From an uncultured Gammaproteobacteria bacterium (GTDB taxonomy: Bacteria > Patescibacteriota > Microgenomatia > Levybacterales > UBA12049): a stretch of 36,730 nucleotides of DNA. Below are positions 8,074 through 15,905 of the stretch, in pieces (within the stretch, counting starts at the first letter, position 1; the number at the start of each line of letters is the position of its first letter). Under the pieces are notes generated by a model. That model had not been told where the DNA came from. It worked only from the letters and a program-made list of their open reading frames with translations, and did no database searches. Location of the stretch: contig CAYILI010000003.1 in NCBI GenBank assembly GCA_964364105.1, positions 1 to 36,730 on the forward strand. The letters are read 5' to 3'. The translations under genes and the position numbers were made by a program.

Positions 8074-9243
8074 ATGGAGATCATTCCCCAGCTTGGCCTC
8101 GTAATTCTTCTCGTATTTTTAAACGGTTTTTTCGTGGCTTCTGAATTTGCATTAGTAGGAGTTAGAAAAACCAGAATTGATGAGTTAGCAAGAAAAGATA
8201 ATAAATCAGCAAAATTAGTCCAAAAGGCGCTAAATCACCTTGATACTTATATTTCAGCTACACAGCTAGGAATTACTCTTGCAAGCCTAGCTCTAGGTTG
8301 GGTAGGAGAACCATTTTTGGCACGATTTTTTGAGCCTATTCTTGAACACTATATGCCGACAAATCTGGCTTTTATTTCTAGCCACGGTCTATCATTCACA
8401 ATCGCTTTTTCAATAATCACATTTCTTCATATAGTAATGGGTGAGCTTGCGCCTAAATCTATTGCATTGCAAAAAGCAGAGAAAACTTCCCTCTGGATAA
8501 TTAGACCTCTTCTTATTTTTACTGCTATCTTTAAACCTTTTATTTATGTTTTAAATGGTGCAGGAATTTTAGTACTAAAACTTGTTGGATTTAAAGCTCC
8601 AAGTGGACACCAATTAGTTCATTCTGAAGAAGAAATAAAAATGATCTTAGCCCAAAGTGCAGAAGAAGGTGCAATTGAAAAACAAGAAGCTGAAATGGTT
8701 TATAGCGTCTTAAAACTTGGAGACACGCCAGTTAGAAAAGTTATGATCCCAAAAAGCAAGGTCATAGCTTTTGAAAAAGATACATCCCTAAAGCACATGA
8801 TTAAAATTTTTCAAAAAAACCCGCACAGCAGATTCCCCATATATCAAGATGACATTGATCATGTTTTAGGGTTTATTCACGTAAAGGACGTTTATAAAAA
8901 TCTTTTCTCTCAAAGTAAATTTGAAAGTTTTAGGGAAGTGTACTTAAACTTTTTATTTAAAAATAGGGAAAGAAAATTATCGAAAATGGGAATAATAAGA
9001 GAAGTTCCTAAAATTTCTGAAAATAAAAAAATTGACGATGCGATGATCTTACTCCGAGAAAAAAGGGTGCATATGGCAATAGTTAAAGATGAAGACAATA
9101 AAACGGCAGGCATAGTCACCTTGGAAGATCTGGTAGAAAGCTTAGTCGGAGAAATTCATGATGAATTTGAAATGCCAGAAAAAGGAGTTACGAAAACAGA
9201 AAAAATCAAAAAAATTACATCTTTTATCAAAAAACAGATTTGA
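8074..9243 (+). CDS. Hemolysin-family (CNNM/DUF21 + CBS pair) transporter, TlyC/CorC-like
   Basis: Motifs NGFFVASEFALV, QLGITLASLALGWVGEP, GELAPKSIA, HSRFPIY and GIVTLEDLVE.LVGEI.DE. Confidence 0.92.
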   Translation: MEIIPQLGLVILLVFLNGFFVASEFALVGVRKTRIDELARKDNKSAKLVQKALNHLDTYISATQLGITLASLALGWVGEPFLARFFEPILEHYMPTNLAFISSHGLSFTIAFSIITFLHIVMGELAPKSIALQKAEKTSLWIIRPLLIFTAIFKPFIYVLNGAGILVLKLVGFKAPSGHQLVHSEEEIKMILAQSAEEGAIEKQEAEMVYSVLKLGDTPVRKVMIPKSKVIAFEKDTSLKHMIKIFQKNPHSRFPIYQDDIDHVLGFIHVKDVYKNLFSQSKFESFREVYLNFLFKNRERKLSKMGIIREVPKISENKKIDDAMILLREKRVHMAIVKDEDNKTAGIVTLEDLVESLVGEIHDEFEMPEKGVTKTEKIKKITSFIKKQI

Positions 9244-9274
9244 AAACTTCTAAACTATAGGGCTACTTATTTAG

Positions 9275-9303
9275 TTGACATTCAAAATAAAATAACCTAT
9301 AAT
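9275..9303 (+). promoter_or_regulatory. Consensus sigma70 promoter
   Basis: TTGACA-17-TATAAT, 10 nt before ATG 9314. Confidence 0.75.
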
Positions 9304-9313
9304 ATATATTACT

Positions 9314-9862
9314 ATGGGACGAAGAGAAATACTTATAACTGCTGGCGTAATACTGTTTATAGTGGTTTTTGTCGTGCTTTTTATTTTAAGCAGAATTCAA
9401 CCTGCGATTAACACAAATTCTACGAAAAGCTCTAAAATAACATCAAAGTCTACTACGATAGTTGTAAATAAGAATATAATTTCAGTAGACAATTTAGTTA
9501 GTGATCCACTTGTTTATGATGGCCTAAATGTTGAAGTTGAATCTAAAGTTGTTGATTGGGCTACTAAAAGAGTCTTTACCGTAGGAAGCACACCTGGGTT
9601 ATTGGGCGGTGGAGGAAAAACATTAATAGTAGTTAGAAGAACTAATTTTAGATTACCAAAAGACACAAAAGGCAATGAGTTAGGACTTGGTGAATTAGTA
9701 AATGTCAGACTTAAAGGAAAAGCCAGAATCATGGATAAAACCGAATTGGGACTCCTTATGGGTATTGATCTTGATGGATCAGACATAAGACTAGATGATG
9801 GAAATATAAATAACTGGAAAGAAGGAACAATTCTTATCTTAGATTCTGTAGAAAAAATTTAA
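9314..9862 (+). CDS. Hypothetical membrane-anchored protein, possibly OB-fold
   Basis: N-terminal TM, then a ISV..LVS.P..YDG..V.VE..V pattern typical of extracytoplasmic OB-fold proteins. Confidence 0.65.
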   Translation: MGRREILITAGVILFIVVFVVLFILSRIQPAINTNSTKSSKITSKSTTIVVNKNIISVDNLVSDPLVYDGLNVEVESKVVDWATKRVFTVGSTPGLLGGGGKTLIVVRRTNFRLPKDTKGNELGLGELVNVRLKGKARIMDKTELGLLMGIDLDGSDIRLDDGNINNWKEGTILILDSVEKI

Positions 9863-10092
9863 AGCGCCACCACGGATCCCTTTTGCCAGCCAACTGGCAC
9901 CTCACACTGATTCGCGAATGTCTTATGCCTACCTGAAATCGGATTCTTAGCGCTTACTGCTAACTCTGAATCGCAATTACCACTTCTGTCCAAATTCATT
10001 CCAGTCCCAATAAAAAACCAGTATAAAATTACTAAAAGCACTATCGTACCAGTAAGTCCAAAGATTTTCATAGGAAGTGTTAAAAGAAACAT
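9859..10092 (-). CDS. Small membrane protein with Cys-containing C-terminal domain
   Basis: TM helix followed by C......AKNP.SG....F.N.C.VP.GW. Confidence 0.6.
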   Translation of the reverse strand: MFLLTLPMKIFGLTGTIVLLVILYWFFIGTGMNLDRSGNCDSELAVSAKNPISGRHKTFANQCEVPVGWQKGSVVAL

Positions 10093-10142
10093 AAATTTAG
10101 TATAGCAAGTTTTCTATACTGATATACTAGAATAGATATAGA

Positions 10143-10844
10143 GTGAAAAATTCTAAGAAGCTTATCAAATTTTTGTCTAAATCCAGACTCTCCTTAATCC
10201 TATTTATTGAAATCTTAGTTAGTTTATTTATAAGCTTAGGCTCTCTATATTTATTTCTAAAAATAGGACATGAAGCATTAGATAAAGATATCTTAGTCAT
10301 AGATTCTGGAATTATAAATTATATCTATAGCTTTAGAAGTCCGGCCATGAATAATATAATGATGTTTTTTACGTCACTTGGAAGCGGACTTTCTCTAATA
10401 TTACTTTCAACTATTATGATTCTCTATATTGGCACAATACGCAAAAAAGACGTAGGAATTTATCTGGCAATTCTTTACTCAGGCATACTCTTAAATGCAA
10501 TCCTAAAATTTACTTACCAAAGACCTAGGCCTGATTATCTACCCTTAATTCATGAGACAAGTTCAAGTTTTCCCTCGGGGCACTCTATGAATAGCTTTGT
10601 TTTCTTCGCGGCTTTTTCCTATTTTATTTTAAGAGAAACAAAAAACACAAAACTTACTGTCATAATTTCAATTCTTTCAACAATAATTATTATTCTTATC
10701 GGCATAAGTAGGATTTATTTAGGAGCGCATTATCCCAGTGACGTTATAGGTGGATTCATTGCTGGATTTTTATTGTTCACATCTGCTATTCTTTTTGAGA
10801 AGATAATTATCTTTAAAAGATTATATAAGTCTTCTAAAAAATGA
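10143..10844 (+). CDS. PAP2-family phosphatase (undecaprenyl-pyrophosphate phosphatase-like)
   Basis: Motifs K.....RPRP, SFPSGH and SRIYLGAHYPSDV.GG. Confidence 0.93.
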   Translation: MKNSKKLIKFLSKSRLSLILFIEILVSLFISLGSLYLFLKIGHEALDKDILVIDSGIINYIYSFRSPAMNNIMMFFTSLGSGLSLILLSTIMILYIGTIRKKDVGIYLAILYSGILLNAILKFTYQRPRPDYLPLIHETSSSFPSGHSMNSFVFFAAFSYFILRETKNTKLTVIISILSTIIIILIGISRIYLGAHYPSDVIGGFIAGFLLFTSAILFEKIIIFKRLYKSSKK

Positions 10845-11218
10845 GAGACGCAAAGCCCACATTTCTAGAATCAGTAGGATATGCCATAACAGGCATAAAA
10901 GTTGCTATCAGGTATAACCGGAATATTCGCATCCACATTGTAATAGCAGTTTTAGTAGTTATTGCTACTTTTATTTTCGGGCTAAATCAATTTGAAAAAG
11001 CTATCATTTGCATGATCATTCTTCTGGTAATTTCCGCTGAAATGATCAACACGGCGATTGAAGAGATTGTGGATTTAGTAACCAAAGATTATAGAGAAGA
11101 GGCAAAATACGCTAAAGATGTCTCAGCGGGAATGGTATTAATTGTTGCTGGGGGATCAATTGCGGTTGGATTTTTAGTATTCACACCTCATGTTCTCAAG
11201 TTTATTTTCCCAAGCTAG
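10841..11218 (+). CDS. dgkA: Diacylglycerol/undecaprenol kinase
   Basis: Motifs YAITGI, N.RIH, EMINTAIEEIVD and AKDVSAG.V; ATGA overlap with the PAP2 gene. Confidence 0.9.
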   Translation: MRDAKPTFLESVGYAITGIKVAIRYNRNIRIHIVIAVLVVIATFIFGLNQFEKAIICMIILLVISAEMINTAIEEIVDLVTKDYREEAKYAKDVSAGMVLIVAGGSIAVGFLVFTPHVLKFIFPS

Positions 11219-11400
11219 GTTCTATTTCTTCCACTCCCTTTTCCTCTGTTTGCTCTTGCAATTTTTGTCGCTTCTTCACGTCTTGCTTTTTCAGCATCAA
11301 AGTCTGTTTCGAAAGGTAACGGAGTATATGAATCCGGAGCTGGAAGCCCCATCCTACTGGCCCTCACATAATCACCATGGCTTAATCTTTTCTCTCTCAA
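11215..11400 (-). CDS. Hypothetical protein, start uncertain
   Basis: The frame stays open up to 11538 with no ATG, so it may be a longer or frameshifted gene. Confidence 0.3.
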   Translation of the reverse strand: MREKRLSHGDYVRASRMGLPAPDSYTPLPFETDFDAEKARREEATKIARANRGKGSGRNRT

Positions 11401-11598
11401 TGGCGTAACGTCTATTGCTTTATGCTCACCACCATTTAAAACAGTTGAAATTTCAGTAAAGGTCGCATCCCGAACAGAAGTACCAACTACCCCATTCTCA
11501 CTAGTTCTTAATGACTGAGTCCTTGATTGAACCTTACGTCAATAACCAAACTATAGGACTCCTTATTGTGGCTATAACTCCGCTTTGATATAATAGTT

Positions 11599-11633
11599 TT
11601 AGCTTTAGGTCTAAGTGTTTGATTGTGGATCCA
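11599..11633 (+). other. Degenerate tRNA-His 5'-half remnant
   Basis: TTAGCTTTAGGTCTAAGTGTTTGATTGTGGATCCA: a D-arm-like segment plus GATTGTGG, which is shared with the anticodon arm of the tRNA-His at 12146. It follows TGATATAAT. Confidence 0.4.
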
Positions 11634-11697
11634 CTAGATATTGTTATTATTAATTTGTTCATTGACAGTAAGTCCACATAAGCCTTATTCTTATAGA

Positions 11698-12169
11698 GTG
11701 AAGTCTTGCATCAGATGTAAGAATAAGTTTAAAGCTTCTTAGTAGGCACCTTAATTGTCCAAGCTGTAGAAAAAAATCTTACAAAAATTCTTGTCCAATT
11801 TGCAAAAAACCAAAACAAAGAAAGTCCAATTTATGTTCTGTTTGTTTTAATCTGAGTAAACAGTACCCATGCTCAAAAACAAGACATATTAGTAAGAATG
11901 GGTATGTCTACGTTTATTTTAGAGCTCATCCAAACTGCGACAAAGAAGGAAGGGTATTTGAACATCGTCTGATTATGGAGAAAAAACTAGGAAGATATTT
12001 GCTCCCTTTTGAAAATGTACATCATAAGAATGGGTTAAAATCAGATAATAGAATTGAAAATCTTGAACTTTGGGTTAAGGCTCAGCCTGCTGGCGCTAGA
12101 GTCGAGGATGTTGTAAAATGGGCTGAGGAAATCATGAGATTATATGGTGGCGTTAGCTCAATTGGCTAG
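11698..12169 (+). pseudogene. Zn-finger + HNH endonuclease, frameshifted by 1 nt at about 11740
   Basis: GTG 11698 after TTGACA-18-TATTCT. Four CxxC pairs (CIRC, CPSC, CPIC, CSVC), then GYV...HP...EHRLIME..LGR.L...ENVHHKNG.K.DNRIENLEL. An extra T at GCT-TCT-T-AGT breaks the frame. The stop codon lies inside the tRNA D-loop. Confidence 0.8.
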
Positions 12170-12220
12170 AGCATCAGATTGTGGTTCTGAAGGTTGCCGG
12201 TTCGATTCCGGTACGCCACC
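12146..12220 (+). tRNA. tRNA-His (GTG)
   Basis: G-1, acceptor GTGGCGT/ACGCCAC, D arm GCTC/GAGC, anticodon arm TCAGA-TTGTGGT-TCTGA, T arm GCCGG-TTCGATT-CCGGT, C73. The full CCA is not encoded. Confidence 0.96.
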
Positions 12221-12295
12221 CATTCGACAAGCTCGAGGTTACTGACCTATTTTGTATTCATTGAAATCTTCTTATCCAAGTTGTATTCTTTAATT

Positions 12296-12517
12296 ATGTT
12301 AACTAAAAATGATTTGAGTGAAATTGGAAAAATAATAAGAGAAAGCATAAACCCTCTTGAACTTAAAGTAAACTCGATGGAGAAAGATCTAAAAGATGTT
12401 AAGAAGAGAGTTAGAAAAACTGAAAAGACTGTAAATATAATGATCGATCGTTTTGATAAAGATATAGTAGGAACCCAGAGGCGAGTTAGAATTATAGAAG
12501 ATCATCTAAATTTATAA
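12296..12517 (+). CDS. Small coiled-coil protein (MLTKNDL...IEDHLNL), paralog of 13688-14020
   Basis: ATG 12296. The track ORF from 12194 overlaps the tRNA and is over-extended. It shares N- and C-terminal motifs with the 13688 ORF. Confidence 0.75.
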   Translation: MLTKNDLSEIGKIIRESINPLELKVNSMEKDLKDVKKRVRKTEKTVNIMIDRFDKDIVGTQRRVRIIEDHLNL

Positions 12518-12523
12518 AGCCGT

Positions 12524-12548
12524 CGAACCATCCCCATTATCCACCCAT
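12524..12548 (+). repeat. att-like junction, family A
   Basis: CGAACCATCCCCATTATCCACCCAT, 22/25 identical to 14027-14051. Confidence 0.75.
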
Positions 12549-12635
12549 AAAATTTGTCCGCAGATTTCAGGGTAAACCCCAGATTTTCTAGCCTCGAAAA
12601 TCTACGAACCATAATGAGATCTAGAACAACTATAA

Positions 12636-12977
12636 TTACCAAGCATTATTTACGTAATTTAATAAGAAGACAAGCGGTAAGAATGCTAATGTCCAGATGA
12701 TTCCAAATGCTACTCTTTTTATAATAATTTCTTTATCTTGTAAGCCTTTATTACCTTGCCTCAATCTTATTAAAATAACTGTTATACCGATAAATAATGT
12801 TATAAATTTTAAAAAATGTATTTCAGGACTTCTTCCATAGTCTATGTTGATTCTTGTTCCCCAATGTGAAATTTCATGAGTTAAATCATAGGCAAAAGCA
12901 TATAAAAAATAACTTGGGACATAATATAAAATTATCCCAAATACATCGAACCAGTAAAATTTCTTTTTTTGCTTCAT
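12636..12977 (-). CDS. Hypothetical membrane protein
   Basis: 113 aa with three hydrophobic segments. Confidence 0.65.
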   Translation of the reverse strand: MKQKKKFYWFDVFGIILYYVPSYFLYAFAYDLTHEISHWGTRINIDYGRSPEIHFLKFITLFIGITVILIRLRQGNKGLQDKEIIIKRVAFGIIWTLAFLPLVFLLNYVNNAW

Positions 12978-13041
12978 AAAAAAAGACTAACATAAATTAA
13001 TTAAATTGACAATTACCTTCGTGTAGGTATATAAAAGTTAT

Positions 13042-13551
13042 ATGGCAAAAAAGGCACCTCCGGTAACTATTACGCAGTTTCTATTTATAGTAATTCCTCT
13101 ATTTTTGCTTTTTCCCATTGTTTTTTATTTAGGCGAAAATGGCATTGAAATTGGTCTCGGGATGATAGTTTTATGGGGTTTATTTGTTTTTTATCAAATG
13201 TATAAGCACCGAAATTACAAGAAACCAGAAGATACATTATTTAAAAGTTCAATTGAAAGGCAAAATAAAATATTTATTTTTGGGATAATTGGAATAATTA
13301 TTTTTATGTCAATGTTTTTCGGAATTATGTATTACTGGCTTAAAGACGTTGCAGTTGTTGAGAACTGTAAAGAAATTGCATTTGCAAAAGGACAAAGTGT
13401 TTATACGACAGGAAAGGTAGACATTTTAACTTATAATAAAACTTTTGAAGAATGCGTTAAGACTTATAAAGTTTCTTTTGGTGATTTTTACAAGGATATC
13501 TTCGGTGCAGCTAGAGATAGAGCTGAAGAAGATAAGAAGATAAGAAGATAA
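13042..13551 (+). CDS. Hypothetical membrane protein
   Basis: 169 aa with three TM segments; TTGACA upstream at about 13006. Confidence 0.7.
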   Translation: MAKKAPPVTITQFLFIVIPLFLLFPIVFYLGENGIEIGLGMIVLWGLFVFYQMYKHRNYKKPEDTLFKSSIERQNKIFIFGIIGIIIFMSMFFGIMYYWLKDVAVVENCKEIAFAKGQSVYTTGKVDILTYNKTFEECVKTYKVSFGDFYKDIFGAARDRAEEDKKIRR

Positions 13552-13585
13552 GAGATAATTTGATTTTTCGTAAGCTACTAGAATT

Positions 13586-13615
13586 TGTTCTAGGAACTCA
13601 TCATCTAGGACCCAC
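13586..13615 (+). repeat. att-like junction, family B
   Basis: TGTTCTAGGAACTCATCATCTAGGACCCAC, 28/30 identical to 14725-14754. Confidence 0.85.
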
Positions 13616-13687
13616 TCGACAGGTTCAAGGTTTGCTGACCTAATTTGTTATATTGAAATAAATTAATCAAAGACTTATTCTTAAGAC

Positions 13688-14020
13688 ATGATAACGAAAA
13701 CTGATTTAGATCAGATAGGAAAAGTTGTTCGAAAAATAGTAAGAGAAGAAGTAGAGGCTGAATCTAAAAACATAAAGGATGACTTAGAGCACGAAATAAG
13801 GACAGCAAATCTTCATATAAGAAAATCGATTGGGGAATTAGAAGATAGACTGAAAAACGTAGAAATTAGGTTATCTTCTATTGAAAATGAGCTAAAATCA
13901 TTGAGAAAAGATGTTAAAAAGCTCCAGAAAGATGTAAGCGTCGCTATTGATGTCTTTAATGTTGAAGATACAAGGCTAGGTAAAAGAGTTCAAAAAATTG
14001 AAGCCCATCTTCAAATTTAA
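13688..14020 (+). CDS. Small coiled-coil protein (MITKTDL...IEAHLQI)
   Basis: Heptad-rich; paralog of 12296-12517. Confidence 0.8.
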   Translation: MITKTDLDQIGKVVRKIVREEVEAESKNIKDDLEHEIRTANLHIRKSIGELEDRLKNVEIRLSSIENELKSLRKDVKKLQKDVSVAIDVFNVEDTRLGKRVQKIEAHLQI

Positions 14021-14026
14021 ACTTTC

Positions 14027-14051
14027 CGAACCATCTCCGTCATCCACCCAT
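14027..14051 (+). repeat. att-like junction, family A
   Basis: CGAACCATCTCCGTCATCCACCCAT. Confidence 0.75.
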
Positions 14052-14100
14052 CGTCCTATAGTATTGACTTTTAACTTCACTTTTGATATAGTTCTACTCT

Positions 14101-14721
14101 ATGTATGGACCAGAATCTTCACCACTAAGACCCGATGCGGCCGATCTTTTAATTGAGGGGGTATCTATGTTTCCAAATATTCAATTCGATAAAATAGATG
14201 TTCCTACCACTCAGTTTCCAGCTCTAACGGATAGAGTTCAGGCAATTCAAGATGAATTAGGCAGGCCGCCCGTTACGGCAGTTTTTTGTTCTCAAGGAAT
14301 ATATAGATCTCGTATTATTGCAAGTAAGCTACATGAAGCAAGTCTTGTTCAGCTTTCAAAATTTAACTGGAGACGTCAGGATATACCGGGGGATGAAAGG
14401 GGTAAGCCATGGACCTCATCTGAACATGAAATGGCATTAGGTGCGGGGTTGCGGGGTTATGAGGCTAATTCTTTAGGAATTGATGATGATGGTGGAATTG
14501 TCAATACAAAGGGAGAAACTGAACTAATTGATTTGTTGATTATAGCTCTCTCTTCAGATGTTATTAGAACAAGAAATCTAGAAGTTTTAGTTAATTTATT
14601 AAAATATTTTCAAGCAAGATTACCAGAAACTGAACAAACCAGACCCGCTTATCTTGTATGGTTAAATACCTCTGAAGATGATCTTGATATTTGGTTTCCG
14701 GAGTTAGCGCAAAAAGAGTAA
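14101..14721 (+). CDS. Hypothetical protein with CX5RS (LMW phosphatase-like) P-loop
   Basis: VTAVFCSQGIYRS; promoter TTGACT-17-TATAGT at 14064-14092. Confidence 0.6.
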   Translation: MYGPESSPLRPDAADLLIEGVSMFPNIQFDKIDVPTTQFPALTDRVQAIQDELGRPPVTAVFCSQGIYRSRIIASKLHEASLVQLSKFNWRRQDIPGDERGKPWTSSEHEMALGAGLRGYEANSLGIDDDGGIVNTKGETELIDLLIIALSSDVIRTRNLEVLVNLLKYFQARLPETEQTRPAYLVWLNTSEDDLDIWFPELAQKE

Positions 14722-14724
14722 ATC

Positions 14725-14754
14725 TGTTCTAAAAACTCATCATCTAGGACCCAC
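14725..14754 (+). repeat. att-like junction, family B
   Basis: TGTTCTAAAAACTCATCATCTAGGACCCAC. Confidence 0.85.
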
Positions 14755-14797
14755 GATATAGTTTGATATAGTTTAAATATTCATATATAATCTCCCC

Positions 14798-15250
14798 ATG
14801 GAAAGACCAGGCTCTACACCTGAAATTGATGGTTTACCAACTGGGTTAATTTATACTCCTGAGCAATTTGATGCAAAAATGTTATCAGGTCAATTTCCAT
14901 TGACTGATTTAATAGCATGTCATTCTCATAAAACAGAACGTATTCAAATGGATTTTAGAGATGAAGACATGGAGAGAAAACAATGGATTCAATTGTTTCC
15001 AAAGCAAGTAAAACAAATTGGTTTTGGTAGATTTAGTCACAGGTTAGAAAGATATTATATTCCGCCAGTAGAGCTGCTTCGTGCTAATAGAGTGGATTTT
15101 GCTCATGAAATTCAGGTTGTATATGGTGGTTTAGATTTAGAAGGATATATTGCAGGACTTAATCCCAGACAAGACCCTGAATGGTTTGGGGCTGTAAGAC
15201 TCGAAAGAAGAATTCCCGCTACTTATATTAAAGTAATAATCCCATTTTAG
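14798..15250 (+). CDS. Hypothetical protein
   Basis: 150 aa; promoter TTGATA-17-TATAAT at 14763-14791. Confidence 0.7.
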   Translation: MERPGSTPEIDGLPTGLIYTPEQFDAKMLSGQFPLTDLIACHSHKTERIQMDFRDEDMERKQWIQLFPKQVKQIGFGRFSHRLERYYIPPVELLRANRVDFAHEIQVVYGGLDLEGYIAGLNPRQDPEWFGAVRLERRIPATYIKVIIPF

Positions 15251-15345
15251 TAATTAGTTAATTTGTTTTAAGAATTTAATTTATAAAAATAAATTAACAA
15301 AAGATATTTTATAAAACTCGATTTCTTCAGCCTTCAACCTACTGA

Positions 15346-15379
15346 AATAAGTCCGAACATCTTTCGCTAACCCACCCAT
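15346..15379 (+). repeat. att-like junction, family C
   Basis: AATAAGTCCGAACATCTTTCGCTAACCCACCCAT; the first 16 nt are identical to 23814-23829. Confidence 0.75.
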
Positions 15380-15556
15380 TAAATTGTTTTGAGGGTGCAA
15401 AAAGGCACTTTGACTTAATATAGAATCAAAATTAACAGACCCCTCCGCTATTGTTTTTCAATTCTCCATAAGGTCAGGGGTTAATCCCGCATTAACCTAT
15501 AAGTTTGGTGATTTGTTAATAAAATTGTATAATAGGGAAGAGAGGAGAAAAATAGT

Positions 15557-15754
15557 ATGAACGGAATAATTAAAACAAAAACAGAAAAAGGATTTGGATT
15601 TATTTCTCGTGAAGGAGAAGATAGAGATCTTTTTTTCCATTCAAATGATTTAGTCGGTGTGACTTTTGATGAACTTCAAGTAGGAGCAGCCGTGACTTTT
15701 GAGGTTGTACAAACCGAAAAAGGATCAAATGCAAAAAACGTAAAACTTGCTTAA
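15557..15754 (+). CDS. cspA: Cold-shock protein
   Basis: RNP motifs KGFGFI and DLFFHSN, plus VTFEV...KG..A.NV; AGGAG RBS. Confidence 0.93.
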   Translation: MNGIIKTKTEKGFGFISREGEDRDLFFHSNDLVGVTFDELQVGAAVTFEVVQTEKGSNAKNVKLA

Positions 15755-15774
15755 AGTCTTACTAATTGCAAATA

Positions 15775-15802
15775 AAGAGCCTCGCACCATGCGAGGTTTT
15801 TT
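15775..15802 (+). terminator. Rho-independent terminator
   Basis: CCTCGCA-CCA-TGCGAGG followed by a T run. Confidence 0.85.
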
Positions 15803-15905
15803 GTTATGTATCTCATGCGCTTTACTCGAGGAATGAGAAGACCTTGTTGTTTCAATAGAAATCTATGCAGTAGCCTTATGTCTCAAAAAATTGGCAATTT
15901 TTAAC

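Larger units (their letters stand above)
12224..15379. mobile_element. Tandem array of miniature integrase-less elements at the tRNA-His 3' end
   Basis: Core CCACCCAT at 12216, 12541, 14044 and 15372, and GGACCCAC at 13608 and 14747, each at a gene boundary and preceded by conserved arms. Confidence 0.7.

Noticed and set aside
11734-11743. Programmed +1 frameshift in the HNH gene
   Set aside because: GCT-TCT-TAG offers no re-pairing slippery codon or upstream SD. A simple indel or sequencing error is more parsimonious.
11599-12220. Group I intron splitting tRNA-His
   Set aside because: The downstream tRNA is complete by itself, and I see no group I core structure around the HNH ORF.
12194-12295. 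N-terminal extension of the ORF-track call 12194..12517
   Set aside because: It overlaps the tRNA T arm. The paralog at 13688 shows the true start is ATG 12296.
12216-15379. CRISPR array or classical integron
   Set aside because: The repeats are separated by hundreds of bp containing whole genes. There are no cas or intI genes and no attC-type RYYYAAC...GTTRRRY palindromes.
15380-15540. Riboswitch or cspA thermometer upstream of the cold-shock gene
   Set aside because: Only short hairpins are visible (e.g. GGTTAAT-CCCGC-ATTAACC), and the likely -10 (TATAAT at about 15528) lies downstream of them. No recognisable family.
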